A stretch of DNA of 64,000 nt. Origin: an uncultured Candidatus Saccharibacteria bacterium. GTDB lineage: Bacteria > Patescibacteriota > Saccharimonadia > Saccharimonadales > Saccharimonadaceae. Each line of letters opens with the position of its first letter. Position 1 is the stretch's first letter. The notes beneath the pieces are model-generated. The model worked only from the letters and a program-made list of their open reading frames with translations. It was not told the origin of the DNA and ran no database searches. This document shows, piece after piece, positions 1 through 9,308 of the stretch. Position numbers and translations under genes: made by a program. The stretch covers positions 631,539 through 695,538 of the forward strand of contig OY969928.1 in the NCBI GenBank assembly GCA_963704675.1, given 5' to 3'.

Positions 1-233
1 CGCAGCCACTGTTCTTTCTTTGGTTCTATTTCACCCTCAGTTTTGCGCGCTGCTTCTGGATATAAAGCTTTTATGGTATTAACAAATAGCCGATCATCCC
101 TTCGAATACGATCACTCCGATAGAAGTGGCGACTGCTTTCTATTGTCGTATCAGGCGGTGGAGACTCTGCGATAAACAGAATTTTTATTCGTTTTGGTCT
201 ATATTGTTCCCGCAGGGTATTGTATGTACTCAC
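1..233 (-). CDS. hypothetical protein, 3' end cut by the window edge
   Basis: An open minus-strand frame runs from a GTG at 233-231 off the left edge (..KILFIAESPPPDTTIESSRHFYRSD..). It is absent from the ORF track because there is no stop in the window. The start is uncertain. Confidence 0.3.
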   Translation of the reverse strand, partial: MSTYNTLREQYRPKRIKILFIAESPPPDTTIESSRHFYRSDRIRRDDRLFVNTIKALYPEAARKTEGEIEPKKEQWL

Positions 234-888
234 TGTAACTCTCTCTATAGCCAGTAAACTGGTCGGTTTTGATTAAATGGGGTGGCACGCCTAATTCATC
301 TAATAAAAGATCTTCTGTTTTTGTTACCATCAAAGCCGGGCCTGATATATAAATGTAGCCACCTGTTGTGTTAATATCACCTACCTGTAATCGCCTTTCT
401 CTTTGAGTAGCTTTGAAGTTGATGTATTCTTGTTGCCATAACTCTATATGATGTAAAAAAGGCAATACATTTGATAAACCGTTGTAAATTAAATGTACAT
501 TAAGGGGTAGCTTTTTATGGAGGCGATCTTTTAACATGGCATAGAATGGCGTAATTCCTATGCCACCTGCTATGAAAAGGTGCGGCCTGTCATATTCTTT
601 CCATAAGAAATCACCTTCAATAGCATCTGCATTTATGATATCCCCTTTCTCTAAGTGGAAAAGGCTACGCTTAAAAGCACTGTCTGTGGTCCGTGTGGTA
701 ATTGCGACATGACCTTCGTAAGGCGCCGATGAAATAGTAAAGCGATGTTCATCGGTGTCATACGCCCCCACAGGAAGCTCAAGCTTAATCGATTGGCCAG
801 CCTCCCAAAAAATCGGTTCTTCAGGAATAAAGACAAATGTGAAAACACTGTCCGCTTCTTGCCTTCTATCTTGCAGTCTCAATCTCAT
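199..888 (-). CDS. ferredoxin-NADP reductase-like (FNR family) FAD/NAD(P)-binding oxidoreductase
   Basis: 229-aa ORF. It has the flavin-binding motif HRFTISS and the NAD(P)-binding motif GGIGITP, at the spacing typical of FNR-like modules. Confidence 0.65.
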   Translation of the reverse strand: MRLRLQDRRQEADSVFTFVFIPEEPIFWEAGQSIKLELPVGAYDTDEHRFTISSAPYEGHVAITTRTTDSAFKRSLFHLEKGDIINADAIEGDFLWKEYDRPHLFIAGGIGITPFYAMLKDRLHKKLPLNVHLIYNGLSNVLPFLHHIELWQQEYINFKATQRERRLQVGDINTTGGYIYISGPALMVTKTEDLLLDELGVPPHLIKTDQFTGYRESYSEYIQYPAGTI

Positions 889-890
889 AT

Positions 891-1955
891 TTATTCAGAA
901 GTAATAGTAATGGACTTCGGTACATCAATATATTCTTGAATCTTTCCGGTACGCTGAAGTTCTGCAAAATCTTTTTTAAAGGCTTCGAACGGGATATATA
1001 ATCGTGCAAATCGAATTGCATCTGTTCTTTTCTCAAGAGTTTTTACAATATAAAGACCGTTAGCACCGGTTATAATCTCTGAGATCTGATTTGGTTGCAA
1101 ACTGTTGGCCGCATTAATAATACCGTCTGGATCTTCGCTACTAAGACTCACGAAACCAACATCACCACCCGCAAGATTGATTGCATCGTCTGCAGCATTT
1201 TGTTTTGTCAGTGTCGCGAAATCTGCGCCTTGTTTCAATTGCGCTAATAGAGTTTCGGCCTTTTGCCTTGCCGGTTCGTCAACGGCGGCCATCACTTTAT
1301 GACGCAAGAGTTGATCCTTGACTAATCTATGAGTGTCTTCGGCAGTCCAACCATAAAACTCTTGAATAATCTTTTTATAATCAGCTTCGCTGGCAATGCT
1401 TTCTTGTCCACTTACCTTCGTTTTGATGAAGCTGTTTACCTCTTCATCACTGATAGTAATATTTTTTTCTGTGGCTATCTTATCAATATACGCCTGCTCT
1501 AATACTGAATTCAGTGCACTACGCTTTTGATATTCAACTTGTCGTTTACCATCGTCGCTTGAGAGATTCACTGACTCAACAGTTTGTAAGTAGTATAGCG
1601 AACTACGCAGCTTAGTGAGGTAATCTCTGTAAGGAACGTCTGCGCCGTCCACTCGTGCCACTGGAAGCGGCAAAATTTGCGTAATTCGATAGAAGAAGTC
1701 TGAGGTCGCCTGTGCACGGTATAGCTGGAACCACGTAAATATACTGAGACTAGCAACCAAAAGCACAAGAATAATACTTGAAATAATGACAATCCGGTGC
1801 TTTGTTTGCTGCATCGGATACTTATAACGTTTACCTTTGGCAATAACCGCCTCGCGATGCTCCGCCAAGGTGTCGTTGGTAATTCGCGGCACTTCTTTCG
1901 TACCCTTTTTGACTTGCTTATGCTTCGGTGATATTTTCTGGAATAGTTGCTTCAT
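891..1955 (-). CDS. membrane-anchored PpiC/parvulin-type peptidyl-prolyl isomerase (PrsA/SurA-like)
   Basis: 354 aa with an N-terminal TM helix (IVIISSIILVLLVASLSIF) and a C-terminal parvulin-like block (FATLTKQNA..GGDVGFV..GLYIVKTLEKR). It overlaps the upstream gene by 38 nt, so the true start may be the Met at 1817. Confidence 0.65.
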   Translation of the reverse strand: MKQLFQKISPKHKQVKKGTKEVPRITNDTLAEHREAVIAKGKRYKYPMQQTKHRIVIISSIILVLLVASLSIFTWFQLYRAQATSDFFYRITQILPLPVARVDGADVPYRDYLTKLRSSLYYLQTVESVNLSSDDGKRQVEYQKRSALNSVLEQAYIDKIATEKNITISDEEVNSFIKTKVSGQESIASEADYKKIIQEFYGWTAEDTHRLVKDQLLRHKVMAAVDEPARQKAETLLAQLKQGADFATLTKQNAADDAINLAGGDVGFVSLSSEDPDGIINAANSLQPNQISEIITGANGLYIVKTLEKRTDAIRFARLYIPFEAFKKDFAELQRTGKIQEYIDVPKSITITSE

Positions 1956-2466
1956 TATTACTTATATTTCCTTGGGCATACGTGTTGACAATGTCGAGCA
2001 GCGATTCGTAAATCTTTTCAGGATGCTCAACACGATCAAGCACAAGATCACCCACATAGGTTTGCACTACTATTGTACCAAATCCGAACATGGCTGCGCT
2101 AAAACCAGGCACATTAACGGTTATATTTTGAACTTTGTTGAGGCCAAGGTCTATAATACTTCTTGAAAATAAGCCTTTTTGTGAAATCTGCCTAAGCCGC
2201 TTATTTGTTATTATAAAAACGCTAAAATACCAACTCATCCAGTGATAAAAGAAGCCAGTTATACCCAGAACAAAGCCTACCGCTGGAAACCATAAATTAT
2301 TCAGATTGTCTGGCCAGATAAGTACTGGCATTGCACTTAAAGCAAACGGTATTAAGAAAAAGTAAAAGCCTTTACGCATCGCAATAAGATGCCGACGAAA
2401 TACAAGCAGTACCTCTTCATCTTCATATTGGCCCTTAAAGGTTTGCATCTTGTTGTAATTATACAT
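1918..2466 (-). CDS. membrane protein with bacterial PH (bPH_2/YdbS-like) domain
   Basis: 182 aa. Two TM helices are followed by a small soluble domain. The family assignment is from memory of the YdbS/YdbT pattern. Confidence 0.45.
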   Translation of the reverse strand: MYNYNKMQTFKGQYEDEEVLLVFRRHLIAMRKGFYFFLIPFALSAMPVLIWPDNLNNLWFPAVGFVLGITGFFYHWMSWYFSVFIITNKRLRQISQKGLFSRSIIDLGLNKVQNITVNVPGFSAAMFGFGTIVVQTYVGDLVLDRVEHPEKIYESLLDIVNTYAQGNISNNEATIPENITEA

Positions 2467-2556
2467 TTATGAAGCATTAATTACAGCTCGTGGGCTCAGG
2501 TTTGTCGTATGCTAGGAGTAAACAATCAATAATAAACAGTTGAATGCCGGATGCTA

Positions 2557-3048
2557 TTAGTTTTTAAATGAAATGGTCGGTCCGATTTTTCTCTGATAAC
2601 CATCTTGGTTAGGAAACATGTCGAGAAGTGTAAGGCTATTAATTTGAATAGTTTCTCCCAGATATAAACGAGCATGTTTTTGAATCGTACTATGTGGAAC
2701 GTATCCCTCGCCTTCGAACTCAGGCTGATTAAACTTTGCTCCTGACTGCAATAGCAATTTATGTACTTCTTGATGCAAATTAGTAATCGCAGGAGTTTTT
2801 TCTAGTAGCATTACATGATACTGCCCCTTGTCACCCCAGTACCCCTCTTGCACGGCTCTTGTTGTAACCGCTTTTTTATTTGCCAGTAATACAGTGAGTT
2901 TCTTCAGTAAATCTGTATCGTCCCATTCCACCGCAAATACTGACGCCAGTGTTACGTGTAAGGGGTAATCTTTCCAAAAAAACTCGTAACCTTCAGCTAC
3001 GGGCTCAAGGAGCGATATGAGTGACCACTTTTGAGTAAGTTTTTGCAT
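2557..3048 (-). CDS. 2H phosphoesterase superfamily protein (LigT / 2'-5' RNA ligase-like)
   Basis: 163 aa with two H-x-[TS]-x motifs (HVTL and HSTI) at the expected spacing. Confidence 0.5.
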   Translation of the reverse strand: MQKLTQKWSLISLLEPVAEGYEFFWKDYPLHVTLASVFAVEWDDTDLLKKLTVLLANKKAVTTRAVQEGYWGDKGQYHVMLLEKTPAITNLHQEVHKLLLQSGAKFNQPEFEGEGYVPHSTIQKHARLYLGETIQINSLTLLDMFPNQDGYQRKIGPTISFKN

Positions 3049-3053
3049 ACAAT

Positions 3054-3167
3054 TTATTTACGATACACTCGCGCGATATAGCATGTAAGAAACCAATCTT
3101 TATTTTTTGGTTCAAGCATTTCTATGCTGAAGTTGTCGCCATAATACTCTCTCAGGAATGCTCGCAT
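3054..3167 (-). CDS. small ORF (37 aa) translationally coupled to the upstream 69-aa ORF
   Basis: Its ATG overlaps the TAA of ORF 3167..3376 as TAATG. It is not in the track because it is under 60 aa. It could be the tail of a frameshifted gene. Confidence 0.2.
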   Translation of the reverse strand: MRAFLREYYGDNFSIEMLEPKNKDWFLTCYIARVYRK

Positions 3168-3376
3168 TACATCTTCAGGCCGTTCATAGGCCCTCCGCTT
3201 GAGTGACCCTCCATGTCAAAGCAACAGTAAAGGTCGTTATTACTAATATCCTGAGTCAAGTAGAGATCCTCGGGCTCATGAGTTTCAATTGTTGCACGTT
3301 TCAACACCTTTAACTCACCGAGCAAATTAGGGTCAAGGTATTTACCAAAAGGTAAACTGAATAGGTTTGTTGGCAT
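3167..3376 (-). CDS. small hypothetical protein
   Basis: 69-aa ORF with no recognisable motif. Confidence 0.3.
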   Translation of the reverse strand: MPTNLFSLPFGKYLDPNLLGELKVLKRATIETHEPEDLYLTQDISNNDLYCCFDMEGHSSGGPMNGLKM

Positions 3377-3430
3377 GTAGTTAGAATATCAGAGATTCGT
3401 ACAAAAAAGATAATTACCTATTACATATGC

Positions 3431-3448
3431 TGGTACCCCGGGTAGGAC
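3431..3448. repeat. 18-nt direct copy of the tRNA-Arg 3' end (att-like)
   Basis: tggtaccccgggtaggac at 3431-3448 is identical to 3578-3595, which is the T-arm 3' half, acceptor 3' strand and CCA of the tRNA. Confidence 0.8.
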
Positions 3449-3540
3449 AGCGCTTCCCTCGCCTATGGCTCGTCGCTTCTCCGTTCGCTAGCTCACTACA
3501 CCGAACCTTGACGGTTCGAAACTCGCTACGCGAGTCTACC

Positions 3541-3578
3541 AAGTTAAATACCAACCCTTGCAGGTTGGTATTTAACTT
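3541..3578. terminator. perfect 16-bp hairpin immediately downstream of tRNA-Arg
   Basis: aagttaaataccaacc / ggttggtatttaactt with a 6-nt loop. It abuts the tRNA 3' end. Confidence 0.5.
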
Positions 3579-3654
3579 GGTACCCCGGGTAGGACTCGAA
3601 CCTACAACCTCTTCCTTAGGACGGAACTGCTCTATCCAATTGAGCTACCGAGGC
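3578..3654 (-). tRNA. tRNA-Arg (anticodon CCU), CCA encoded
   Basis: The reverse complement folds as a cloverleaf: acceptor GCCTCGG/CCGGGGT, D arm GCTC..GAGC, anticodon loop GT-CCT-AA, T arm GTAGG-TTCGAGT-CCTAC, then ACCA. Confidence 0.85.
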
Positions 3655-3713
3655 AAAATGGGTGATGCAATTGCATCACCCATAGTGTACGATAGATTTT
3701 CAATTACAGCGAG

Positions 3714-4244
3714 TTAGGCTCCTTCAGGTACTCGGCCCCTTACTGTTGTCTGGTGTGGAGTATTGTAATCAAGGATCTCATCTTTCGCGAACCATAACTC
3801 AATTTCCTGAGCAGCTTCTTTAGGATCAGCCGATGCATGCAATAGGTTCGGCAATGTACGGCCGCGTTCGACCGCATATTTGCGGCTAATATGTGTATAA
3901 TCGCCACGAATTGTACCTGGTGCTGCTTCTTTGGGATCGGTAGCACCAACCATCTTACGTACATGCTCGATTGCATCAACTCCTTCAAGCACCATTGCTA
4001 ACACTGGTGATTCAGCCATTGCCGCAAGTGTAACGTTATAAATCTCCTCACCACGTCGAGAAATTAGTGTGCCAATCTCTTCATAATGTTTATGGAAATG
4101 TTCATCACTTGGTGCAACGAGTTTCATTGCTACAATTTTTAAACCTGCTCGTTCAAAGCGAGTTATAATCTCACCAACTATGCCACGCTGGACAGTATCA
4201 GGCTTTAATACTACAAGCGTTTTTTGAATATCGTTTTCGCTCAC
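3714..4244 (-). CDS. ndk: nucleoside diphosphate kinase
   Basis: LVVLKPDTVQRGIVGEIITRFERAGLKIVAMKL and the active-site region NLLHASAD. Confidence 0.9.
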   Translation of the reverse strand: MSENDIQKTLVVLKPDTVQRGIVGEIITRFERAGLKIVAMKLVAPSDEHFHKHYEEIGTLISRRGEEIYNVTLAAMAESPVLAMVLEGVDAIEHVRKMVGATDPKEAAPGTIRGDYTHISRKYAVERGRTLPNLLHASADPKEAAQEIELWFAKDEILDYNTPHQTTVRGRVPEGA

Positions 4245-4337
4245 GTTCTTCCTTATTAATACTTAGGTTTTATACATTGTATCAGAAATAAACGACTGTA
4301 GATATTGTCAAAGTGTTAAAAAGGTTATAATAAAATT

Positions 4338-5243
4338 ATGTTTATTTCTGAGCTTATTGTTGATTTTATTGAACACGTTGAGGTTGAACGAGGACGATCG
4401 CAAAAGACAGCTGAAAATTATCATCTTTATCTTATGAGACTCGTAGAGTTTGCCGGAGACATTGATGTAAAAAAGATTGATAGCGAGCTTGTGCGTAAAT
4501 GGCGGCTTTGGCTTAATCGCTATAGGAACGACAACAATGGAGAGCTAGCAACTATTACACAAGGCTACCACCTTATCGCTCTTCGAAGTTTTTTGACCTA
4601 CTGCTCTAAACGAGATATTAAAACATTAACTCCAGAGAAAATTGAACTACCTAAAGTAAAACGAAAACAGGTTAGCTTCTTGCAGACTGAAGAAGTTGAA
4701 CGCCTACTAAATGCTATTAAAACCGACACTATCATTGGTCTTCGCGATAAGGCTATTGTTGAGCTGCTTTACTCAAGTGGCCTACGCGTTTCTGAGCTTA
4801 TTAATTTAAATCGCGATCACATTAACCTAAAGCGACGTGAATTTATGGTGCGTGGTAAGGGAGGGAAAGATCGGCCTGTCTTTATAAGCCAGCGTGCCGC
4901 GGCAGTGGTCACTGAATATCTAGAGAAGCGCCACGATACTATGCCCTCTTTATTTATTCGGTATAGCGGCAACGAGACAATTGATAACACGGGTGATTTT
5001 AAACGTTTGACCGCTCGCAGTATACAACGGTTAGTTGCTCGATATGCACTGTTAGCGGGGATTACGAAGCATGTTTCACCCCACACCCTACGCCATTCAT
5101 TTGCAACAAGTCTGCTAACGAATGGTGCGGATTTGCGATCAGTACAAGCTATGCTTGGGCACAGTAATATCGCCACAACCCAAATTTATACGCATGTTAC
5201 CGACCCACACCTCAAAGAAGTTTACGAAAAATTCCACGCCTAG
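4338..5243 (+). CDS. site-specific tyrosine recombinase, XerC/XerD family
   Basis: 301 aa with an N-terminal SAM-like domain. The catalytic region has ..GLRVSEL.., HTLRHSFATSLL and LGHSNIATTQIYTHV. Confidence 0.85.
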   Translation: MFISELIVDFIEHVEVERGRSQKTAENYHLYLMRLVEFAGDIDVKKIDSELVRKWRLWLNRYRNDNNGELATITQGYHLIALRSFLTYCSKRDIKTLTPEKIELPKVKRKQVSFLQTEEVERLLNAIKTDTIIGLRDKAIVELLYSSGLRVSELINLNRDHINLKRREFMVRGKGGKDRPVFISQRAAAVVTEYLEKRHDTMPSLFIRYSGNETIDNTGDFKRLTARSIQRLVARYALLAGITKHVSPHTLRHSFATSLLTNGADLRSVQAMLGHSNIATTQIYTHVTDPHLKEVYEKFHA

Positions 5244-6448
5244 GGATTATCCGAACACTCACTGCTATTGTCAACGAAGTCGGCAGGGTTTGTTGTAATA
5301 AAGAAGTCCTTACATACGCTATCAGCAACTTCAAAGCCATAACGGCTTATATCAAAGGTTTGCCCTGGAAATGTTGTACGAGCTACAATACGTCGATAAA
5401 CGTCTGATGCTGACCCCGTTGAATCAATGGCCGGCTGTACTTCATTGAAATTCACAATACTACCGGCATTCTGTAACTCTAACCTAAAGTGTGTTTTGCG
5501 ATAGAGCGGTGTAATTCTTAGATAGTAATTATTAGTATTAGTGTCAAGTGCTCCTGAGGGTAAGCTAAGCGTTGCTTTACAGGCATAATTACCAACGTTA
5601 GCAGCAGATGCTACTGCATCCATGCAGCGAACAGCATATGGAGAAGCTTTTGTTTGATTAAAGCCACGCGGGTCACCTGCTTGCATTGTTACATTAGTTG
5701 GAGATGGAACCGCACCACTACCAGTTGGACCAAGTGGAGTTAGAAATGCGGTAAAACTGCGTTGATCAAGCGCAGCTCGGTCAAAACTACCAGATTTAGG
5801 TACACCAAATAACTGCAAGCGCACGTAGGCTGGCGGCGACTGGCCATCTTTAGAAAAGTTATTGATTGATGGTAGATAACGACTATCGAGTGGCCAAGCC
5901 GCCGCACCAAAGTCTGGCGTTAAACCATCCTCATCATTTGTTTGGGTCAGACTATTTAGATGCCATGAGAGGTTAACCATATTAAAACTTGATGCACCCC
6001 TTAGTGGTACAATTTGACTTTTATCAGCATCGAGTGAACCAATAAAATCAGCGGTATTAAGCTGTACTGTTAAGCATTTATAGTAAAGGTTCTGCTGGTC
6101 AACGGGTGATATCTCACCATCTGGCTTCAGACCTATGGCAGCAGCAACTGGTGATCCTGCGCCGAACAAGGCGTCGCACTGGTTGCTGTTAAGCGCAGTA
6201 CGAAAGGCTGTCTTACTAGGATCAGTTTCAGCAAGTTTAGAATAAGCGAGAATAGCACGCTTACCATCTTCAATGCCAGCTTCTGCCGCCGAAAAGGCGC
6301 GCGCAGTAAGATCATTATTGATCGCTTGTCGTTGTTCAATTGTCATAATCCTTAGGAAGCCTACGGTAATGACCGTTGCAAGTAATGCAAAGAATACGAC
6401 GGTGAAGAGAGATACGAAGCCTTGTTGGTTTTGCCGTAATTTATACAT
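5240..6448 (-). CDS. PilX-like pilus-associated protein, last gene of the pilus operon
   Basis: The likely start is MYKLRQNQQGFVSLFTVVFFALLATVI at 6448. The longer track ORF would overlap the upstream gene. The protein has a hydrophobic PilX_N-like N-terminus. Confidence 0.45.
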   Translation of the reverse strand: MYKLRQNQQGFVSLFTVVFFALLATVITVGFLRIMTIEQRQAINNDLTARAFSAAEAGIEDGKRAILAYSKLAETDPSKTAFRTALNSNQCDALFGAGSPVAAAIGLKPDGEISPVDQQNLYYKCLTVQLNTADFIGSLDADKSQIVPLRGASSFNMVNLSWHLNSLTQTNDEDGLTPDFGAAAWPLDSRYLPSINNFSKDGQSPPAYVRLQLFGVPKSGSFDRAALDQRSFTAFLTPLGPTGSGAVPSPTNVTMQAGDPRGFNQTKASPYAVRCMDAVASAANVGNYACKATLSLPSGALDTNTNNYYLRITPLYRKTHFRLELQNAGSIVNFNEVQPAIDSTGSASDVYRRIVARTTFPGQTFDISRYGFEVADSVCKDFFITTNPADFVDNSSECSDNP

Positions 6449-6449
6449 T

Positions 6450-7073
6450 TTAATTCCCCCTATTCCTTGTCGTAACCGTTGTGGATAAGTCTGCAACAGC
6501 ACAGAACTCGCCTGCATTACCTGCTGGACAAATGATCTCACCTGCTTCGGAGGTAGGGGCATTTTCGCCTGCTGTTGAAAGGAACATCGTGATAATAGAG
6601 ATATTACCATTGTCTGCTTGCTGCAAGCTAAAGCGTTGCATCTGAACGGCGCCTCCGGCGAGCTCTGTTGTCTGATCTCTTGGGATATCTACAAGTGTAC
6701 CACCCGGTTTAGCACACATCTCTTTGGCGGTATCAACAACTCGGACAATGCCAACAATAGGCGTTCTATCAACTGCATAACGGTTCATGTCTGAACCAGG
6801 AGAGTTCCATACATATGCCTGGCCGCCTAAACAGATTCTTCCTTCCGTTTGCAATTGAATATTAACCGATCCGGGTTTAGCAGTACGTAGATTACGAGTC
6901 AACTCTTCGCTTATTGTACGGCCTGCTTGATTAATCTCTTTATACACTAAACCCTTGTTATATGTTCGCATCATCTGCAATAGCGCTGTCACCACAAATA
7001 ATAATACGAAGGCCAAGAATGCCATTGCAAGCATTAACTCTATAACCGTAAAACCGTCTTTTCTATTGAACAT
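6450..7073 (-). CDS. type IV minor pilin (PilW-like), prepilin-type N-terminus
   Basis: N-terminus MFNRKDGFTVIELMLAMAFLAFVLL, which is the G|FTxxE class III signal. Confidence 0.6.
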   Translation of the reverse strand: MFNRKDGFTVIELMLAMAFLAFVLLFVVTALLQMMRTYNKGLVYKEINQAGRTISEELTRNLRTAKPGSVNIQLQTEGRICLGGQAYVWNSPGSDMNRYAVDRTPIVGIVRVVDTAKEMCAKPGGTLVDIPRDQTTELAGGAVQMQRFSLQQADNGNISIITMFLSTAGENAPTSEAGEIICPAGNAGEFCAVADLSTTVTTRNRGN

Positions 7074-7623
7074 ATAACCTCACGACACTGTTTGATTGCT
7101 GTGATGTACTAGTGCCGAGCCCTCCCCAACAAGCACGGAGATAGAAATCAATATAAGCCGGGTTAATGACAGCCGGTGAACGAACTGCCTCCACCCACAT
7201 ACCACGGCCTGGTGTTGCAAAGGTTTCAGGCAGATTGCTCGTTGAGTAATCTTTTGGCGTTATTGTTGGCGGTTGGCTGGCTGTTACAAATGTTGTTTCA
7301 AGATAAAACGCACGCTTGCCGGCAACGGGCACACAGCTATCGACACTTCCAGGGGGGTTCGTATTTGTATAATCACTCTGTATCTTTCGCCATGTTTCAA
7401 GCGCAGCGCCAGAAGTCGTCGCTTGAGCAGTATCTCGTAGGTAGCGCAGCGCTTCTCCTTGACTGGCAATGACGTTACGAACTTGCGTATGCTCAACAGC
7501 ATTAATTGCATTACGTAGGCCTACGTTAATAATGAGACTAGAACCAACAACAACGATACTTAAAACCACCATCGCCAATAAGACTTCGACCAATGTGTCG
7601 CCGCGTTGTTTGCTATACACCAT
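7063..7623 (-). CDS. type IV minor pilin (PilV-like)
   Basis: From Met10, MVYSKQRGDTLVEVLLAMVVLSIVVV gives a prepilin-like G|DTLVE N-terminus. Confidence 0.55.
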   Translation of the reverse strand: MVYSKQRGDTLVEVLLAMVVLSIVVVGSSLIINVGLRNAINAVEHTQVRNVIASQGEALRYLRDTAQATTSGAALETWRKIQSDYTNTNPPGSVDSCVPVAGKRAFYLETTFVTASQPPTITPKDYSTSNLPETFATPGRGMWVEAVRSPAVINPAYIDFYLRACWGGLGTSTSQQSNSVVRLYVQ

Positions 7624-8404
7624 CACATACCCCTTCGTTAGCCACGTCAAATGCTACTTTGATTGCGTTTTGGCCTTGACCATCACCGACCGTCAGAGCT
7701 ACTCGGTTAACAGGAACTTCAACAGTTTCTATACAGTAGTTGGTCGCTTTTTCGGCTGCAGCAGATGTCAACACTGAAGATAAAAAGGTTGTACTTGCAA
7801 AATTAGCTGATTGGATATTCATATTATATGACACTAAACGAGAAGAACGAGGGCTACGCAGCAAGATATATGTGTTAGAGACAACACCATCACTTCGACG
7901 GCTTCCATTCAATGTTGCACCCCAAGGGATAGTATATTCCGAACGAGTCTCTTTCACGATATAAGGGTTAACCGATCTGATAAGCTCTTCGTCGCTTAAG
8001 GTAGAATCGGGTGCGATAGACAGGTTAGGAATACGAGTAGCAACAACATAGTATGAGTCAATGTGCTCACTTCCTTGCTCTAAACGAAGTAATTTACCGA
8101 GCAGTAAACAACCACTCGCACCGGGTTGATTACCAGTGGCTACTGGATCAGTGATTGCTTGAACGCCACTACTGTTACAGATTTGCTGACTATCACGCGG
8201 GTTAACACCATTCAAAATTTCATCATACTGCTGTTGAACGAAGGCGTGCGTGCTACGTCCAGTGTCCGAGAAACGAATCGAACGCATGACATTACCCGTA
8301 CCGATGATGGCGATCATGAATAAGAGCCCACTTATTGCTAAGAACAAAGAGACTTCTATTACCGTATAGCCAGCCATCCGAGCAGCATTCATCTTGAGGC
8401 TCAT
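7613..8404 (-). CDS. type IV minor pilin (FimT/GspH-like)
   Basis: The N-terminus ..ARMAGYTVIEVSLFLAISGLLFMIAII has a prepilin-type cleavage/methylation motif. Confidence 0.55.
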   Translation of the reverse strand: MSLKMNAARMAGYTVIEVSLFLAISGLLFMIAIIGTGNVMRSIRFSDTGRSTHAFVQQQYDEILNGVNPRDSQQICNSSGVQAITDPVATGNQPGASGCLLLGKLLRLEQGSEHIDSYYVVATRIPNLSIAPDSTLSDEELIRSVNPYIVKETRSEYTIPWGATLNGSRRSDGVVSNTYILLRSPRSSRLVSYNMNIQSANFASTTFLSSVLTSAAAEKATNYCIETVEVPVNRVALTVGDGQGQNAIKVAFDVANEGVCDGV

Positions 8405-8424
8405 TATAGCATAAGCGTCATAGT

Positions 8425-9282
8425 TTAGAGACCGCTACCAAGTGATAAATACCAAGAAACGATGCGGTCACCAAATAAGCCAGCGATGAAAAAACCAATA
8501 ATTAAAAAGGGGCCAAATGGAATTCGACTTTTACGCTGCAACCTACCGGCGAACAAAAGTGGTAATACCACGAGTGTGCCGAGTATGTTGGCAAGCAAAA
8601 ACGTTAGGAAGGCATTTTGCCATCCAAGAGCTAAGCCCATGAATATTCCAAGCTTTACATCACCAAAACCAACTAGCTTACCTTTTGAGAAAATATAAAT
8701 GAGCCAATAAACGCCAGCAATTGGCAGCAACCCATAAAGGTAAAACGACGCCGTTTCAAAGACCGAACCATAAGGCTGCCATGTGAAGAATTGAATGAGC
8801 GCATTGAGGATAGCCAAGCCAATAAGGGGCCAAACGATCTTATCGGGCAAGATGTACCATTTCAAGTCGTACACAAAGAGCGCTACTAAACCTACCGTAT
8901 ATGCTAACCAAATACCAAAGTTGACCCAGTCGAACCAAGTTACGATTGCGTTAGGCCATAGTAGGTATGAAGTCACGAACAGTAACGGCATAACAGCTTC
9001 AACAATTGGGCTGTCTTCGATTGGTTTTTTACAGTAGCGACACTTGCCTTTAAGAAGAAGCCAACTAAAAAGAGGTATGAGATCGGCGGCGGCTAACTTA
9101 TGGTGACAGTGTGGACATTCTGAACGATCATTCACTATTGATTTTTTCTCATGTAAACGCCACACTAAAGCGTTTATAAAGCTACCGAGGCAGAGGCCAA
9201 GCAGTGTCAACCCAACAATCACACTAATCATAAGCATTACTATAACCGAAGTATTTATAATAAAGAAACGAGCAAATTCCAT
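8425..9282 (-). CDS. pilD: prepilin peptidase / N-methyltransferase (A24 family)
   Basis: Polytopic membrane protein with paired Cys motifs CPHCHHKL..CRYCKKPI and A24-type Asp-containing loops. Confidence 0.85.
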   Translation of the reverse strand: MEFARFFIINTSVIVMLMISVIVGLTLLGLCLGSFINALVWRLHEKKSIVNDRSECPHCHHKLAAADLIPLFSWLLLKGKCRYCKKPIEDSPIVEAVMPLLFVTSYLLWPNAIVTWFDWVNFGIWLAYTVGLVALFVYDLKWYILPDKIVWPLIGLAILNALIQFFTWQPYGSVFETASFYLYGLLPIAGVYWLIYIFSKGKLVGFGDVKLGIFMGLALGWQNAFLTFLLANILGTLVVLPLLFAGRLQRKSRIPFGPFLIIGFFIAGLFGDRIVSWYLSLGSGL

Positions 9283-9308
9283 TGCCCGTTTCTTTATTTA
9301 CAAAGATA

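Noticed and set aside
199-233. Possible stop-codon readthrough or a start-less ORF after the FNR-like gene.
   Set aside because: On re-checking the coordinates, the downstream open frame is shifted by one nucleotide relative to the FNR-like gene and has a GTG at 233-231. It is simply an overlapping, edge-truncated gene.
3427-3717. A 96-aa plus-strand ORF listed in the track.
   Set aside because: It runs antisense straight through tRNA-Arg and the att-like repeat and hairpin region. It has no RBS and its composition is driven by the RNA gene. I treat it as spurious.
4338-5243. The Xer-type tyrosine recombinase as the integrase of a tRNA-Arg-targeted island.
   Set aside because: It lies on the 5' side of the tRNA and is separated from it by ndk, whereas the duplicated att-like copy is on the 3' side. 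Its sequence looks like a standard chromosomal XerC/D. It cannot be excluded as the enzyme that acted there, but there is no positional support.
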